A DNA stretch of 64,000 bases from Candidatus Oxydemutatoraceae bacterium (lineage in GTDB: Bacteria; Pseudomonadota; Gammaproteobacteria; Poriferisulfidales; Oxydemutatoraceae), in the NCBI GenBank assembly GCA_965218975.1, contig OZ244717.1, positions 1,472,001 to 1,536,000 on the forward strand, written 5' to 3'. The notes beneath the pieces were generated by a model, which saw only the letters and a program-made list of their open reading frames with translations, searched no databases and was not told the DNA's origin. Position 1 is the stretch's first letter. Every line of letters begins with the position of its first letter. Shown here piece after piece: positions 32,846-42,059 of the stretch. The translations under genes were made by a program, and so were the position numbers.

Positions 32846-33619
32846 TCAGCGACGTAATCCGACCCCTTTATGCATCAAATAAAGGCATAAAGTTGCTAAT
32901 AAAATAATGAACAATAAAATAATTAGAGTGGATAGTAATGGTGAAATATCCCCAACACCGAGCATGCCGTGCCGGAATCCGTTCACCATATAAAGAATCG
33001 GGTTAAATAGAGAAATTTGTTGCCAAAACTCGGGGAGCAAACGGATAGAATAAAAAATTCCCCCTAAATAGGTAAGTGGGGTCAAAACAAAGGTGGGTAT
33101 GATTGAAATATCATCAAAGCTTTTGGCGTACATCCCGTTGATAAAACCTGCCATTGAAAAGAGGGTAGCGGTAAGCACCAAAATCAAAAATGCCAGCCCT
33201 AAATTGACAAGCGGCAACGTTGTAAACAATAACGAAATTAAAAATACGACACTGCTCGCTATGATCCCCCGTGCAATCCCACCAATCACAAAACCGATCA
33301 AAACCAAGTAGTTTGGCATCGGAGAAATTAATAATTCCTCAATATGTCGCTGAAATTTACTGCTGTAAAAAGAGGAAGCGACATTGGCATAAGAATTTGT
33401 AATGACAACCATTAAAATTAAACCCGGCACGATATAATCAATATAGCGAAAGTTATTGATATCGTTCAATTGCGCACCGATGAATTGGCCAAAAATGAAA
33501 AAGTACAATGCAGTAGTAATCGCCGGCGGCAGAATAGTCTGAACCCAAATACGCATAAAACGTTGAACCTCTTTTCGAGCTAAAGTAGTGAGAGCAATGA
33601 ATTGTTCAGTGGGTGGCAT
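32846..33619 (-). CDS. yadH: ABC-2 permease YadH
   Basis: RFMRIWVQT.LPP, YIVPGLI.M, PLTYLGG.FYS. Confidence 0.9.
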   Translation of the reverse strand: MPPTEQFIALTTLARKEVQRFMRIWVQTILPPAITTALYFFIFGQFIGAQLNDINNFRYIDYIVPGLILMVVITNSYANVASSFYSSKFQRHIEELLISPMPNYLVLIGFVIGGIARGIIASSVVFLISLLFTTLPLVNLGLAFLILVLTATLFSMAGFINGMYAKSFDDISIIPTFVLTPLTYLGGIFYSIRLLPEFWQQISLFNPILYMVNGFRHGMLGVGDISPLLSTLIILLFIILLATLCLYLMHKGVGLRR

Positions 33620-33628
33620 GATGTTTTA

Positions 33629-34552
33629 TTATGAAACAATTTGTAGAAAAAGTTCTTCGAGGCGATTGGTTTTATTTCTGATCCCAAGTATAGGAATATT
33701 AAGCGCCTCTAGCTGAGCAAATATTTGAGCAAGATCTCTTTGACCGTCGACAGTAACGTCAAGTGTCATTTCATCGCTTAAGTGTGTTATAGCGAACTGT
33801 AGCGAAGGAGGTGTTTTAAGCGGAGATTTTAAATATAACGTGTACGTTTCGCTGTTAAGCTTACTTAGTAATTTCCGCATTGTCGTGTCTTCAATAATTC
33901 TTCCTTGGTCAATAATCGCAATATTACGACACCAATTTTCCGCTTCTTCTAAATAATGAGTAGTCAAAATAATCGTAGTTCCCTGCCGATTAAGTTGATT
34001 CATGAATTTCCAAATCAGGCGTCTGACTTCAATATCGACACCGGCAGTCGGTTCATCAAGAATGAGTAGACGCGGGTGATGCATCAGAGCGCGTGTGATC
34101 ATCAAACGGCGTTTCATTCCTCCGGATAGTTGACGCATCTCAACATCGCGCACGCCCCACAATGCCAATTCTTTTAAATATTGCTCGGCACGCGCTTTGG
34201 CGACTTTCCTTGGCAAACCGTAATAACCCGCCTGATTCAGAACGACGTCAATTGCTCGCTCAAACTGATTGAAGTTAAATTCCTGAGGTACTAAACCGAT
34301 TAGCACTTTTGCTTGAGAGGCAAAATTTTTAATGTCGTATCCATAAATTTTGACTTGTCCTGAAGTCGGATTGACCAATGAAGTTATAATGCCGATAGCC
34401 GTTGATTTTCCGGCACCATTTGGACCTAGTAATGCAAAGAAATCGCCATCGCGTACAATTAAATCAATACCTTTTAACGCATGGAAACGATTGGCATAAA
34501 TTTTATGAAGCTTGTTTATTGCTAAGGCTATTGTGCCGGACATTGCGTGCAT
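33629..34552 (-). CDS. yadG: ABC ATP-binding protein YadG
   Basis: GPNGAGKS, LSGGMKRR, DEPTAGVD, NRLEELF; the start may be 34543. Confidence 0.9.
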   Translation of the reverse strand: MHAMSGTIALAINKLHKIYANRFHALKGIDLIVRDGDFFALLGPNGAGKSTAIGIITSLVNPTSGQVKIYGYDIKNFASQAKVLIGLVPQEFNFNQFERAIDVVLNQAGYYGLPRKVAKARAEQYLKELALWGVRDVEMRQLSGGMKRRLMITRALMHHPRLLILDEPTAGVDIEVRRLIWKFMNQLNRQGTTIILTTHYLEEAENWCRNIAIIDQGRIIEDTTMRKLLSKLNSETYTLYLKSPLKTPPSLQFAITHLSDEMTLDVTVDGQRDLAQIFAQLEALNIPILGIRNKTNRLEELFLQIVS

Positions 34553-34586
34553 ATTTTACCGGATGAGTGTCATATCTGGTAGGGCG

Positions 34587-34609
34587 TGTACATGTCCAAT
34601 ACATTCTGG
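34587..34609 (+). mobile_element. Isolated IS481-type terminal repeat (subfamily B)
   Basis: TGTACATGTCCAATACATT; 15/19 identical to the reverse complement of the end at 35949. Confidence 0.6.
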
Positions 34610-34632
34610 GCCTTGTAGCAGAGCGCTTCCGA

Positions 34633-34660
34633 TTGACATTTATCCATAAAAAACTATCAT
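34633..34660 (+). promoter_or_regulatory. Candidate sigma70 promoter for the FAH gene
   Basis: TTGACA-N16-TATCAT. Confidence 0.5.
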
Positions 34661-34762
34661 AATGCAGGTTTTTATCTCAGACTCTCTGCATCAATTCAAT
34701 CATATTTTTAATGACTCCACATTACCACAAGGGATGTGTGCCAATTTGGAGAATTTCACAAG

Positions 34763-35386
34763 ATGACGACTCAGTGGATTCGCTATGAATATCAATCGCA
34801 AGCAGGCTTTGGCACCTTTGATAAAGGATTGATTCAGCCTCATTCCGGGGATATGTTCGGCGTGTCAAAATTTGCCGATGTGCCTATATTAATAAGTGAT
34901 GTTCGACAAAAAACACCCACTAAACCCTCGAAGATGATCGCTTTGTGGAATAATTATCACGCACTTGCTAATGAAAAGAGATTAACTAAACCGAAGACGC
35001 CGCTTTATTTGATTAAATCTCCAAATTGTTATCTTGCTAACGAAGAAGTAATTCGGCATCCATCGCACTATCAAGGAAAGGTGTTTTACGAAGGAGAAAT
35101 TGGCATCGTGATTGGAAAAACTGCTAAAAATTTAGTCACTATCGAACAAGCTGCCGAACATATTTTCGGATATATATGCGTCAATGATGTTACTGCTTTC
35201 GATCTATTAAAAGAAGAAGACAATTTTGATCAATGGACGCGTGCTAAAGGATTTGATACTTTCGGCGTTTTCGGGCCGGTTATTGAAACGGAGCTTGATT
35301 TTGGAACATGCGAAGTTACGACAAGTATTAACGATAAAATAGTCCAACGCTATCCGATCGGAATAGGTGTGTTAAAAAATCGTTAA
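34763..35386 (+). pseudogene. Fumarylacetoacetate-hydrolase family gene with an internal deletion
   Basis: NY..H, YEGEIG, NDVTA, RAKGFDTF..GP are present, but QRYP runs straight into IGIGVLKN, losing the TL.PGD.I.TGT segment. Confidence 0.7.
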
Positions 35387-35422
35387 CTATTTAGTTCGTA
35401 TAATATATATTATGTTAAATTT

Positions 35423-35613
35423 CAGGTTGCGTCGCCCGCACCGGGCAGAATTTCGGCAGCTTTGGCGAATCTCGGCAGCAGTAAAGTCTTTGAGCTGATG
35501 AAACCGTTTTGTGTTTGTTGGTGAATGCTCAGCAAAGTGCCTGTCGTCCATGACGAGACTTGGTTCTGTCAATGAGCGCCAGCCCCGACGTCCTTGTCGG
35601 GTCGTTCGCCGCT
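35423..35613 (-). repeat. Hairpin-rich non-coding element, copy D (carries the opposite end)
   Basis: Its reverse complement matches the body of copy B; the outer end CAGGTTGCGTCGCCCG resembles CAGGGTGAGACGCGCCCG. Confidence 0.85.
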
Positions 35614-35949
35614 ACGTGTTCACCTTCATTGACCCGCGCGCGTTGCGTTCGCGTGGGCTTCCACGTTTATGAAGGACTTCGAGACCGAGTTGAAACAGTG
35701 CCGGATCACCCTCTGGTGGACCTATCCGAAGTCGCCAAAGCTGAACGCGCACGTTGAGCGCTTCAACCGCACCTTGCAGGAATCACACGAGGATCTTCTG
35801 TTCACTGATGTGGCCTGCTTTAACCGGGAATTGGCGCAATGGCTGGTGTTTTGCAACACCCAACGCCCCATCATTCACTGGGGTTGCAATCCCCGATACA
35901 ATCGCTCCTGACTCACCACCCGGAGTGCCAAATGTTATGGACCTATACA
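35607..35949 (+). mobile_element. IS481-family subfamily B remnant (3' part of transposase)
   Basis: RYVFTFIDP, YPKSPKLNAHVERFNRT, and C-terminal CQMLWTYT running into the terminal repeat ...GGACCTATACA. Confidence 0.85.
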
Positions 35950-36085
35950 ATGGCTTGCTTTTATTACTTTAGGCGGTTATTGTTATGGTAAGGTCTTCCT
36001 ATGAGGAGCGACATCGTATCGCATTTCACGAAGCCTTAGCCTTTAAAATAATTGAGTATTAAACATTTTCTACTAGGAGAATACA

Positions 36086-36349
36086 ATGAAACTGAAACCA
36101 CTAGCGCTATTTTTTGTCATTTTTGCTGCTGCATTGATTTCAGGTTGCGGAGGCGGTGCCGCTATGCACATGGAAATGGATGAGAAAATGAATGAGGTCA
36201 GAGCGACTGCAGAAGAAGCTCTGAGAACTGCGAATACAGCCGACTATAATGCCTCAGTTGCCAAACAATTGGCGGATGAAGCTATGACTATGATGCAGAT
36301 GCGGATGATGAAAGGCAAGATGAAAAATAAGATGGATTACCACAAGTAA
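36086..36349 (+). CDS. Lpp/OprI-like alanine-zipper lipoprotein, Met-rich
   Basis: AGGAG SD, lipobox ISGC, Ala-rich coiled coil, C-terminal YHK; convergent with an L,D-transpeptidase. Confidence 0.8.
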   Translation: MKLKPLALFFVIFAAALISGCGGGAAMHMEMDEKMNEVRATAEEALRTANTADYNASVAKQLADEAMTMMQMRMMKGKMKNKMDYHK

Positions 36350-36375
36350 TAATCAAGTAATTTGCACTTTAAAAT

Positions 36376-36404
36376 AAGGGGCTTACACAAAAAGCCCCTT
36401 TTAT
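36376..36404. terminator. Intrinsic terminator, probably bidirectional
   Basis: AAGGGGCTT-loop-AAGCCCCTT followed by T residues, between convergent genes. Confidence 0.8.
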
Positions 36405-36437
36405 CTTTGCTTCCGTTTCGTCGCAAAAATCCATTGA

Positions 36438-37424
36438 CTAAAAAAGCGACGTTATCTTAGCAGCTGAATTTTTTATTTTTGTTGCGGTAGTAGGCATCGC
36501 TACTTCTGCCCATTGGGTATTATTGGCATCCAAATTAACTTCTTTGGGAATCCCCTCTTTCTGTTGAATCATTATGCCGATTAAATCCCAATTTAGTGAT
36601 TTATCGCTTTGAACTGCCGCTTCAATTATTTTTTGGATAGATTGAGTCAATGCATCCGCATAATCACGGTCCGACATGGTTATTGCCGTGTTAGCTTCAA
36701 AGTAAATGCTATTCCCTTCTACTGTAGATTTGTACGGTTCATGATAAATTTTTACCAGTGTTTTTCGTGTGATATCATCAAATAGCAGAGCAATATCATT
36801 AGGGCGTAAGCGAATGCAGCCGTGCGTCACTTTCATCCCGATTCCGTATGGTTTATTAGTGCCATGTATAAAGTAGCCGGGTAAATTTAATTTTAATGCA
36901 AATTTTCCGAGCGGGTTATTGGACCCTGGAAGAACGACTGCAGGCAGCGGATCGCCATTTAACTGGTGTTCGTGTCTGATCTCCGGTGTCGGGTACCAGT
37001 TCGGATTGATAATTTTATCCTCCACTGTAACTCTACCTACAGGCGTTTGCCATTCTTCCCGCCCGATACTAATAGGGAAAGTCATCACTTTATTTTGATC
37101 ATAGAAATAATATAGACGATATTCGGATAGGTTGATATGAATACCCTCACTTTTGTCTTCCGGCAAAATAAACCGCGTAGGTAAAACGATTTGGCTTCCT
37201 TCTGCCGGTAACCAAGGGTCAACTCCCGGATTGGCACGGATGAGTTCCTCGTATCCTAAATCAAATTGATGAGCAATTTTGATGAATGTATCCTCGCGAT
37301 GCGCACGAATAGTTTTAACTTCGCCAATAACATTGTGAGCTTTATTGAGTGTATAAGTGTCCGAAAACGCTGTAAAATGCGTCCCTAACAGCAAAAACAA
37401 TGTTATTTTTAGAGCCGTTCTCAT
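36438..37424 (-). CDS. L,D-transpeptidase (ErfK/YcfS family, LysM-like N-terminus)
   Basis: ANPGVDPWLP, NPLG, IHGTN...GMKVTHGCIRL catalytic motif. Confidence 0.95.
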   Translation of the reverse strand: MRTALKITLFLLLGTHFTAFSDTYTLNKAHNVIGEVKTIRAHREDTFIKIAHQFDLGYEELIRANPGVDPWLPAEGSQIVLPTRFILPEDKSEGIHINLSEYRLYYFYDQNKVMTFPISIGREEWQTPVGRVTVEDKIINPNWYPTPEIRHEHQLNGDPLPAVVLPGSNNPLGKFALKLNLPGYFIHGTNKPYGIGMKVTHGCIRLRPNDIALLFDDITRKTLVKIYHEPYKSTVEGNSIYFEANTAITMSDRDYADALTQSIQKIIEAAVQSDKSLNWDLIGIMIQQKEGIPKEVNLDANNTQWAEVAMPTTATKIKNSAAKITSLF

Positions 37425-37444
37425 TTTGGTAATCAGTATACCTA

Positions 37445-38605
37445 ATGTCTATTTATCATTCGGAGTTTCCTATTGCAAGCGATATTTTGCACTTTAATCA
37501 TGCAGGTATCGCCCCATGGCCACAAAGGACAATTAAAAGAATTCACCAATTTGCGAATGAAAATGCATGTTCAGAAAACTTACATTATAGTAAACGAAAT
37601 AAACTTTTGAATAGATTACGCCGACAATGCACGCGACTATTGGGCGCGGATATGCCTGAGGAGATTGCATTCACAAAGAATACTTCGGAAGGCTTGTCAC
37701 TCATTGCAGGCGGATTAGATTGGAAGGCCGATGAAAACATTGTATTGAGTAGTATAGAGTTCCCTTCCAATCGCATTGTTTGGGAAGCCTTTGCACATCG
37801 CTTCAATATCGAAATACGTTTGGTCCGACCCGATCCGGATATTTCCCTAGAAGATGCATTAATTGCACAGATTGATGAAAAAACGCGCTTACTAACAACG
37901 AGCTCGGTGCAATACGCAACGGGCTACCGCATGGACCTAAATAAATTGGGTCGTGCGTGTTGCGAACGGCAAGTATTATTTTGCGTTGACGCAATCCAAA
38001 GCTTAGGAGCTGTTCCATTCAAAGTCAACGAATGCTATGCCGATTTTGTTTGTGCCGATGGGCATAAATGGCTATTAAGCCCCGAAGGTACCGGTCTATT
38101 TTACTGCCGAAAAAAACATTGGAAGACACTATGCTTGAATCAGTTTGGTTGGCATATGGTGAAAAATGCAGGTGATTACGATCAAGTTGATTGGGAAGCC
38201 GCCTCTTCTGCAACGCGATTTGAGTGTGGGAGCATGAATCATTTAGGTTTATTTGCGTTATCCGAAAGTTTGGAACTTTTATTTGAAGTCGGGATCGAAA
38301 ATATCAGTAGAAAAATAATGAAAAATACTAGATATCTAATTGAGAATATTGATAAAAATTTATTCACGACAGTGACACCCGAAGTACAATCTCACCATGC
38401 CGGTATTCTAACAGTGCGCCTGCGGTCAGCAGACTCAGTAGACAATAATACGCTTTACCGTTATTTGACTGCAAAACGGATTCTCTGCGCTCCACGCGCC
38501 GGAGGTATTCGTCTATCGCCGCATTTTTATACAGATAAACAAAGTTTACAGTCCGTATTGAGACAGCTACACCATGGAGCTGTACGTCTCAGTACAAAGA
38601 CTTGA
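37445..38605 (+). CDS. Class V PLP-dependent aminotransferase / cysteine desulfurase-like
   Basis: NTSEGL, EFPSN, VDAIQ, DGHKWL (PLP Lys), RLSPHFY. Confidence 0.88.
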   Translation: MSIYHSEFPIASDILHFNHAGIAPWPQRTIKRIHQFANENACSENLHYSKRNKLLNRLRRQCTRLLGADMPEEIAFTKNTSEGLSLIAGGLDWKADENIVLSSIEFPSNRIVWEAFAHRFNIEIRLVRPDPDISLEDALIAQIDEKTRLLTTSSVQYATGYRMDLNKLGRACCERQVLFCVDAIQSLGAVPFKVNECYADFVCADGHKWLLSPEGTGLFYCRKKHWKTLCLNQFGWHMVKNAGDYDQVDWEAASSATRFECGSMNHLGLFALSESLELLFEVGIENISRKIMKNTRYLIENIDKNLFTTVTPEVQSHHAGILTVRLRSADSVDNNTLYRYLTAKRILCAPRAGGIRLSPHFYTDKQSLQSVLRQLHHGAVRLSTKT

Positions 38606-38625
38606 TTATGTGATCAGCGCCCATT

Positions 38626-39573
38626 TTACTTCGTATATATTGAGCGAAACTCAAGCAAAGCGCTTTCCAACATTAATTGCGGATTCAGTCGCACATCAAG
38701 TGAACGGTAATGCGCAACTTGACGATCATATAGTTTATATAGTCGCGCGATATCAATCGCAGAGTTCTTCCCTAAGCAATGAGTAAGGATACTCTTGTGC
38801 GTCATATTTAAAAGCCATCGATAAATTTGATGCGACGGACACTTGCTCCATTTATTTACAACATCATTGAGTTTAATCGAATCATCCAATAATGCTTGGC
38901 AATCGGCATTAAATTCAACCAAACTTTGACGCTCTTCCCCGGCACACAACATATCGTAAGCATCTAACGGTTGTAATGACGATATATCTCCAAGCATTAA
39001 TACAAGATCTTCAGTTGAGTAATCAATCTGCTCCTTAAGCCAACGGATGGCTTCATCTTTATCAACATCAGGAAAATATATCTTTTGGCAGCGACTAATG
39101 ACAGTTGACAGCAAACGTGATGGTTGCGAGCTGACGAGCAAAATTTTGCATTCTGCCGGCGGTTCTTCTAAAGTTTTTAACAAGCTGTTTGCTGCCGAAC
39201 GCGTCATCGCATCCGCCGATATGACGACGGTTACTTTGCCATGACCGTAATGGTCGGTCGTATGCAAAAAATTGCCGACTTCTCGGATGTCATCGACTTG
39301 AATGCTACTGCCGTTCTTATTAGGTTCAATGAGTTGAAAATCCGGATGATTGCTTGTCTCGAATAGCCGACAGGAGTGGCATTGCATGCAAGGCTTTTGC
39401 TCTAAACTTGAATCGCACAATATTACATGAGCAAATTTTTTACTAAAAATATCAATACCAAGTCCACTATTACCGTGCAGTAGTAGTGCGTGGGGCAGTC
39501 TATCTTGTGACAGATATTTCAAGCAAAATTTCCATTGTTTTTTTTGCCAAAAGTATGGCGCATTATTAATCAT
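38626..39573 (-). CDS. holB: DNA polymerase III delta' subunit
   Basis: PHALLL.G..G.G, Zn C..C..C, HPDF, ANSLLKTLEEP, SRC; follows tmk. Confidence 0.93.
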   Translation of the reverse strand: MINNAPYFWQKKQWKFCLKYLSQDRLPHALLLHGNSGLGIDIFSKKFAHVILCDSSLEQKPCMQCHSCRLFETSNHPDFQLIEPNKNGSSIQVDDIREVGNFLHTTDHYGHGKVTVVISADAMTRSAANSLLKTLEEPPAECKILLVSSQPSRLLSTVISRCQKIYFPDVDKDEAIRWLKEQIDYSTEDLVLMLGDISSLQPLDAYDMLCAGEERQSLVEFNADCQALLDDSIKLNDVVNKWSKCPSHQIYRWLLNMTHKSILTHCLGKNSAIDIARLYKLYDRQVAHYRSLDVRLNPQLMLESALLEFRSIYTK

Positions 39574-39587
39574 TAATCTTATACCAC

Positions 39588-40217
39588 TCAGTGACTAAAT
39601 TCTGCCAGAATTTTCCGGATTTTTTGTTGCGTTACAGCCATATCAGGTTCAGTATTAATAACTCGCCAACGCTGTGGTTCTTGCCGAGCTAGTTCTCGAT
39701 AAACCGATTGCACGCGTTCAAAAAATGCTGAATCTTCCGATTCAAAACAGTCTTTTTCATTGCGTTTAGCAACGCGCTGTATAGATTTTTTTACGTCAAT
39801 ATCAAGTAGTAACGTTAAATCCGGTTTTAAGTCGCCGCAGACATACCGAATTAAATCTCGGATTAACATTTGAGAGATGCCACGTCCCCCTCCTTGATAC
39901 GCAAGGCTAGCGTCGGTAAACCGGTCTGAAATAACCCACTTCCCGCTTTGTAGGGCCGGTAGAATTATTTGATCAATATGGTCGGCGCGGTCGGCAAATA
40001 ATAGTCCTAGTTCGGCACGTGGACTGATAGCTCGTTTGGGTGTCAACAACCATTCGCGGATGGTACGTCCAAGCAAAGTTGCTCCCGGCTCACATGTCAC
40101 AATGCTATCAATGCCTCGTTCATGCAAGAAATTTTGAATTGTTGCAAGATGGGTTGTTTTACCCGCGCCTTCAATCCCTTCCAAAGTAATGAAACAAGCT
40201 GATGATTCTATTACCAT
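39588..40217 (-). CDS. tmk: Thymidylate kinase
   Basis: FITLEGIEGAGKTT, DRF..S.AYQG; ATG 40217 just after the mltG stop is the likely start. Confidence 0.93.
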   Translation of the reverse strand: MVIESSACFITLEGIEGAGKTTHLATIQNFLHERGIDSIVTCEPGATLLGRTIREWLLTPKRAISPRAELGLLFADRADHIDQIILPALQSGKWVISDRFTDASLAYQGGGRGISQMLIRDLIRYVCGDLKPDLTLLLDIDVKKSIQRVAKRNEKDCFESEDSAFFERVQSVYRELARQEPQRWRVINTEPDMAVTQQKIRKILAEFSH

Positions 40218-40218
40218 A

Positions 40219-41214
40219 TCAACGCTTACGTTGGTACTGAATAACGGCCTGTTGATGTTCTTCATAGGTCTTTGAAAAAACGTGGCTATTATCCCCTTTT
40301 GCCACAAAGTACAAATCGCCGGTTATTGTGGGTTGAGCAACAGCGGACAAAGAATGCTTATCCGGCATTGCAATAGGTGTGGGTGGAAGACCATGTCTTG
40401 TATAAGTGTTATAGGGTGTATCAGTCCGTAAATCTTTCTTGCGGATGTTACCATTGAATTCTTTCCCCAGTCCATAAATAACGGTCGGATCGCTTTGCAA
40501 ACGCATTCCACGCTTTAAACGCGAGATAAATACTCCGGCGATACGCCTTTTTTCCGCGTTAAGAGTCGCTTCTTTTTCAACGATAGATGCTAAAATCAAT
40601 AGTTCATACATCGTCTTCAATGGTGAATCATCAGTAATCATAGGCCAATATTTTTCCAACATTTCTTTCATTTTCTCATACCCTTGTATTAATACTTTAA
40701 TGTTGCTTGTCATTTTATTAAACTGATAAGTATCGGGATAAATCCATCCTTCTAAAGGCTGGCCTTCCGGCACTCCTAGTTTCCGTGCAATGTGATTTGA
40801 ATCTGCACTGTCAATCCTTAACGTCGGTGTTTTAAGCATTGCTTGCAAGATTTGCTCGCTTGTCCACCCTTCAAAAATTGTAAATTTTTCAAGTATGACA
40901 TCATGTCGGATAAATTTTTGTAACAATGCGTCAAGCGTATCGCTAAGCGTAATTTTGTAGTTACCGGATTTTAAGTTCTGAGTTTGTTGCTGAAAACGCA
41001 CATGTAATTGCCAATAGAATGAATGGCTTAATAAATCTTCAGATTTTAGCCGTGCGCTAATTTGCTCAAAGCTTTCACCGTCTGATATTAAGAACTCTCG
41101 TTCGGTATCGGTAATTGAGGCATGATAAATATAATAATAGTAGTGTAATCCGAATAAAACGAGTAATAGCATGAACGCTAGAGCAAGCCATTTGATTTTT
41201 TGCGACAGTTTCAT
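40219..41214 (-). CDS. mltG: Endolytic transglycosylase MltG
   Basis: EG...PDTY, ASIVEKE, MRLQSDPTVIY, YNTY..GLPPTPI. Confidence 0.95.
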   Translation of the reverse strand: MKLSQKIKWLALAFMLLLVLFGLHYYYYIYHASITDTEREFLISDGESFEQISARLKSEDLLSHSFYWQLHVRFQQQTQNLKSGNYKITLSDTLDALLQKFIRHDVILEKFTIFEGWTSEQILQAMLKTPTLRIDSADSNHIARKLGVPEGQPLEGWIYPDTYQFNKMTSNIKVLIQGYEKMKEMLEKYWPMITDDSPLKTMYELLILASIVEKEATLNAEKRRIAGVFISRLKRGMRLQSDPTVIYGLGKEFNGNIRKKDLRTDTPYNTYTRHGLPPTPIAMPDKHSLSAVAQPTITGDLYFVAKGDNSHVFSKTYEEHQQAVIQYQRKR

Positions 41215-42059
41215 TATTTCGGAACTGCGGCAAACTCTTGTAGCTGCTGAATCATAGGCGGTAACGATACTGTTGCTAGGTTAACCCGGCGAATCGGGAG
41301 AATACCTATCACCGAGTTGCAGATCAAAGCACCATTGGCGCTTAATATTCGATCTAAAGTTAAGCAGGTTTCTCGGCATCGGAAACCATATTTCCACCCT
41401 TCAACCAACAAATGTTCTCGCATCACACCACTTACGCCACATTCATCAAGTTGAGGGGTCAAAAGTTCTTCACCTGAACAAATAAATAGGTTACTCATAG
41501 TACCTTCAATGACATGATCCGCGTTATCTAGCATCAATCCTTCGAAATACTCATCTTCCCACTCGCTACGGGCAATCACTTGGTCTAATCTGTTTAAATG
41601 TTTAATGCCGGCAAGCTGCTGATTATATGGCAATCGATGGCGACATATTGTAACGTTCACGCCTTCTTGATAGCATTCGGAAGACGGTAATTGTCCTTGC
41701 ATCAAACATAATACGCGAGTCGGTAAAGTGTTTTGAGGAGGACGATATGAGCGCCCCCCTACCCCGCGGCTGATAATAATTTTTAGGATTCCCCAAGAGC
41801 AACCATAATTAGACAAGTTTTTGCATAATAATTTTACTTCTTGTTCCAATAAGGTCCAATCCTTAAAAAGGATGTTCAACTTTTGACATCCTGAAATTAA
41901 ACGTTGGCAGTGATAAGACCAAAGATAAGGAACATCTCGATCAACTCGCACTGTTTCAAAAACACCATCGCCATAAGCAAAACCACGATCAAGCAAGGAA
42001 ATCAAAGTTGTGGCTTTGCCGTTAATTAAGCCGGCAAAAATTTGAGGCGAATCAGTCAA
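41214..42059 (-). CDS. pabC: Aminodeoxychorismate lyase
   Basis: DRGFAYGDGVFET, KHLNRL, EGT.SN; between fabF and mltG. Confidence 0.92.
   Translation of the reverse strand: MTDSPQIFAGLINGKATTLISLLDRGFAYGDGVFETVRVDRDVPYLWSYHCQRLISGCQKLNILFKDWTLLEQEVKLLCKNLSNYGCSWGILKIIISRGVGGRSYRPPQNTLPTRVLCLMQGQLPSSECYQEGVNVTICRHRLPYNQQLAGIKHLNRLDQVIARSEWEDEYFEGLMLDNADHVIEGTMSNLFICSGEELLTPQLDECGVSGVMREHLLVEGWKYGFRCRETCLTLDRILSANGALICNSVIGILPIRRVNLATVSLPPMIQQLQEFAAVPK

Noticed and set aside
39747-40094. Cys codons at conserved Arg positions as codon reassignment
   Set aside because: TGT/TGC encode the expected catalytic Cys in TrxB, SdhB and AcnA; single C-to-T mutations explain the cases.
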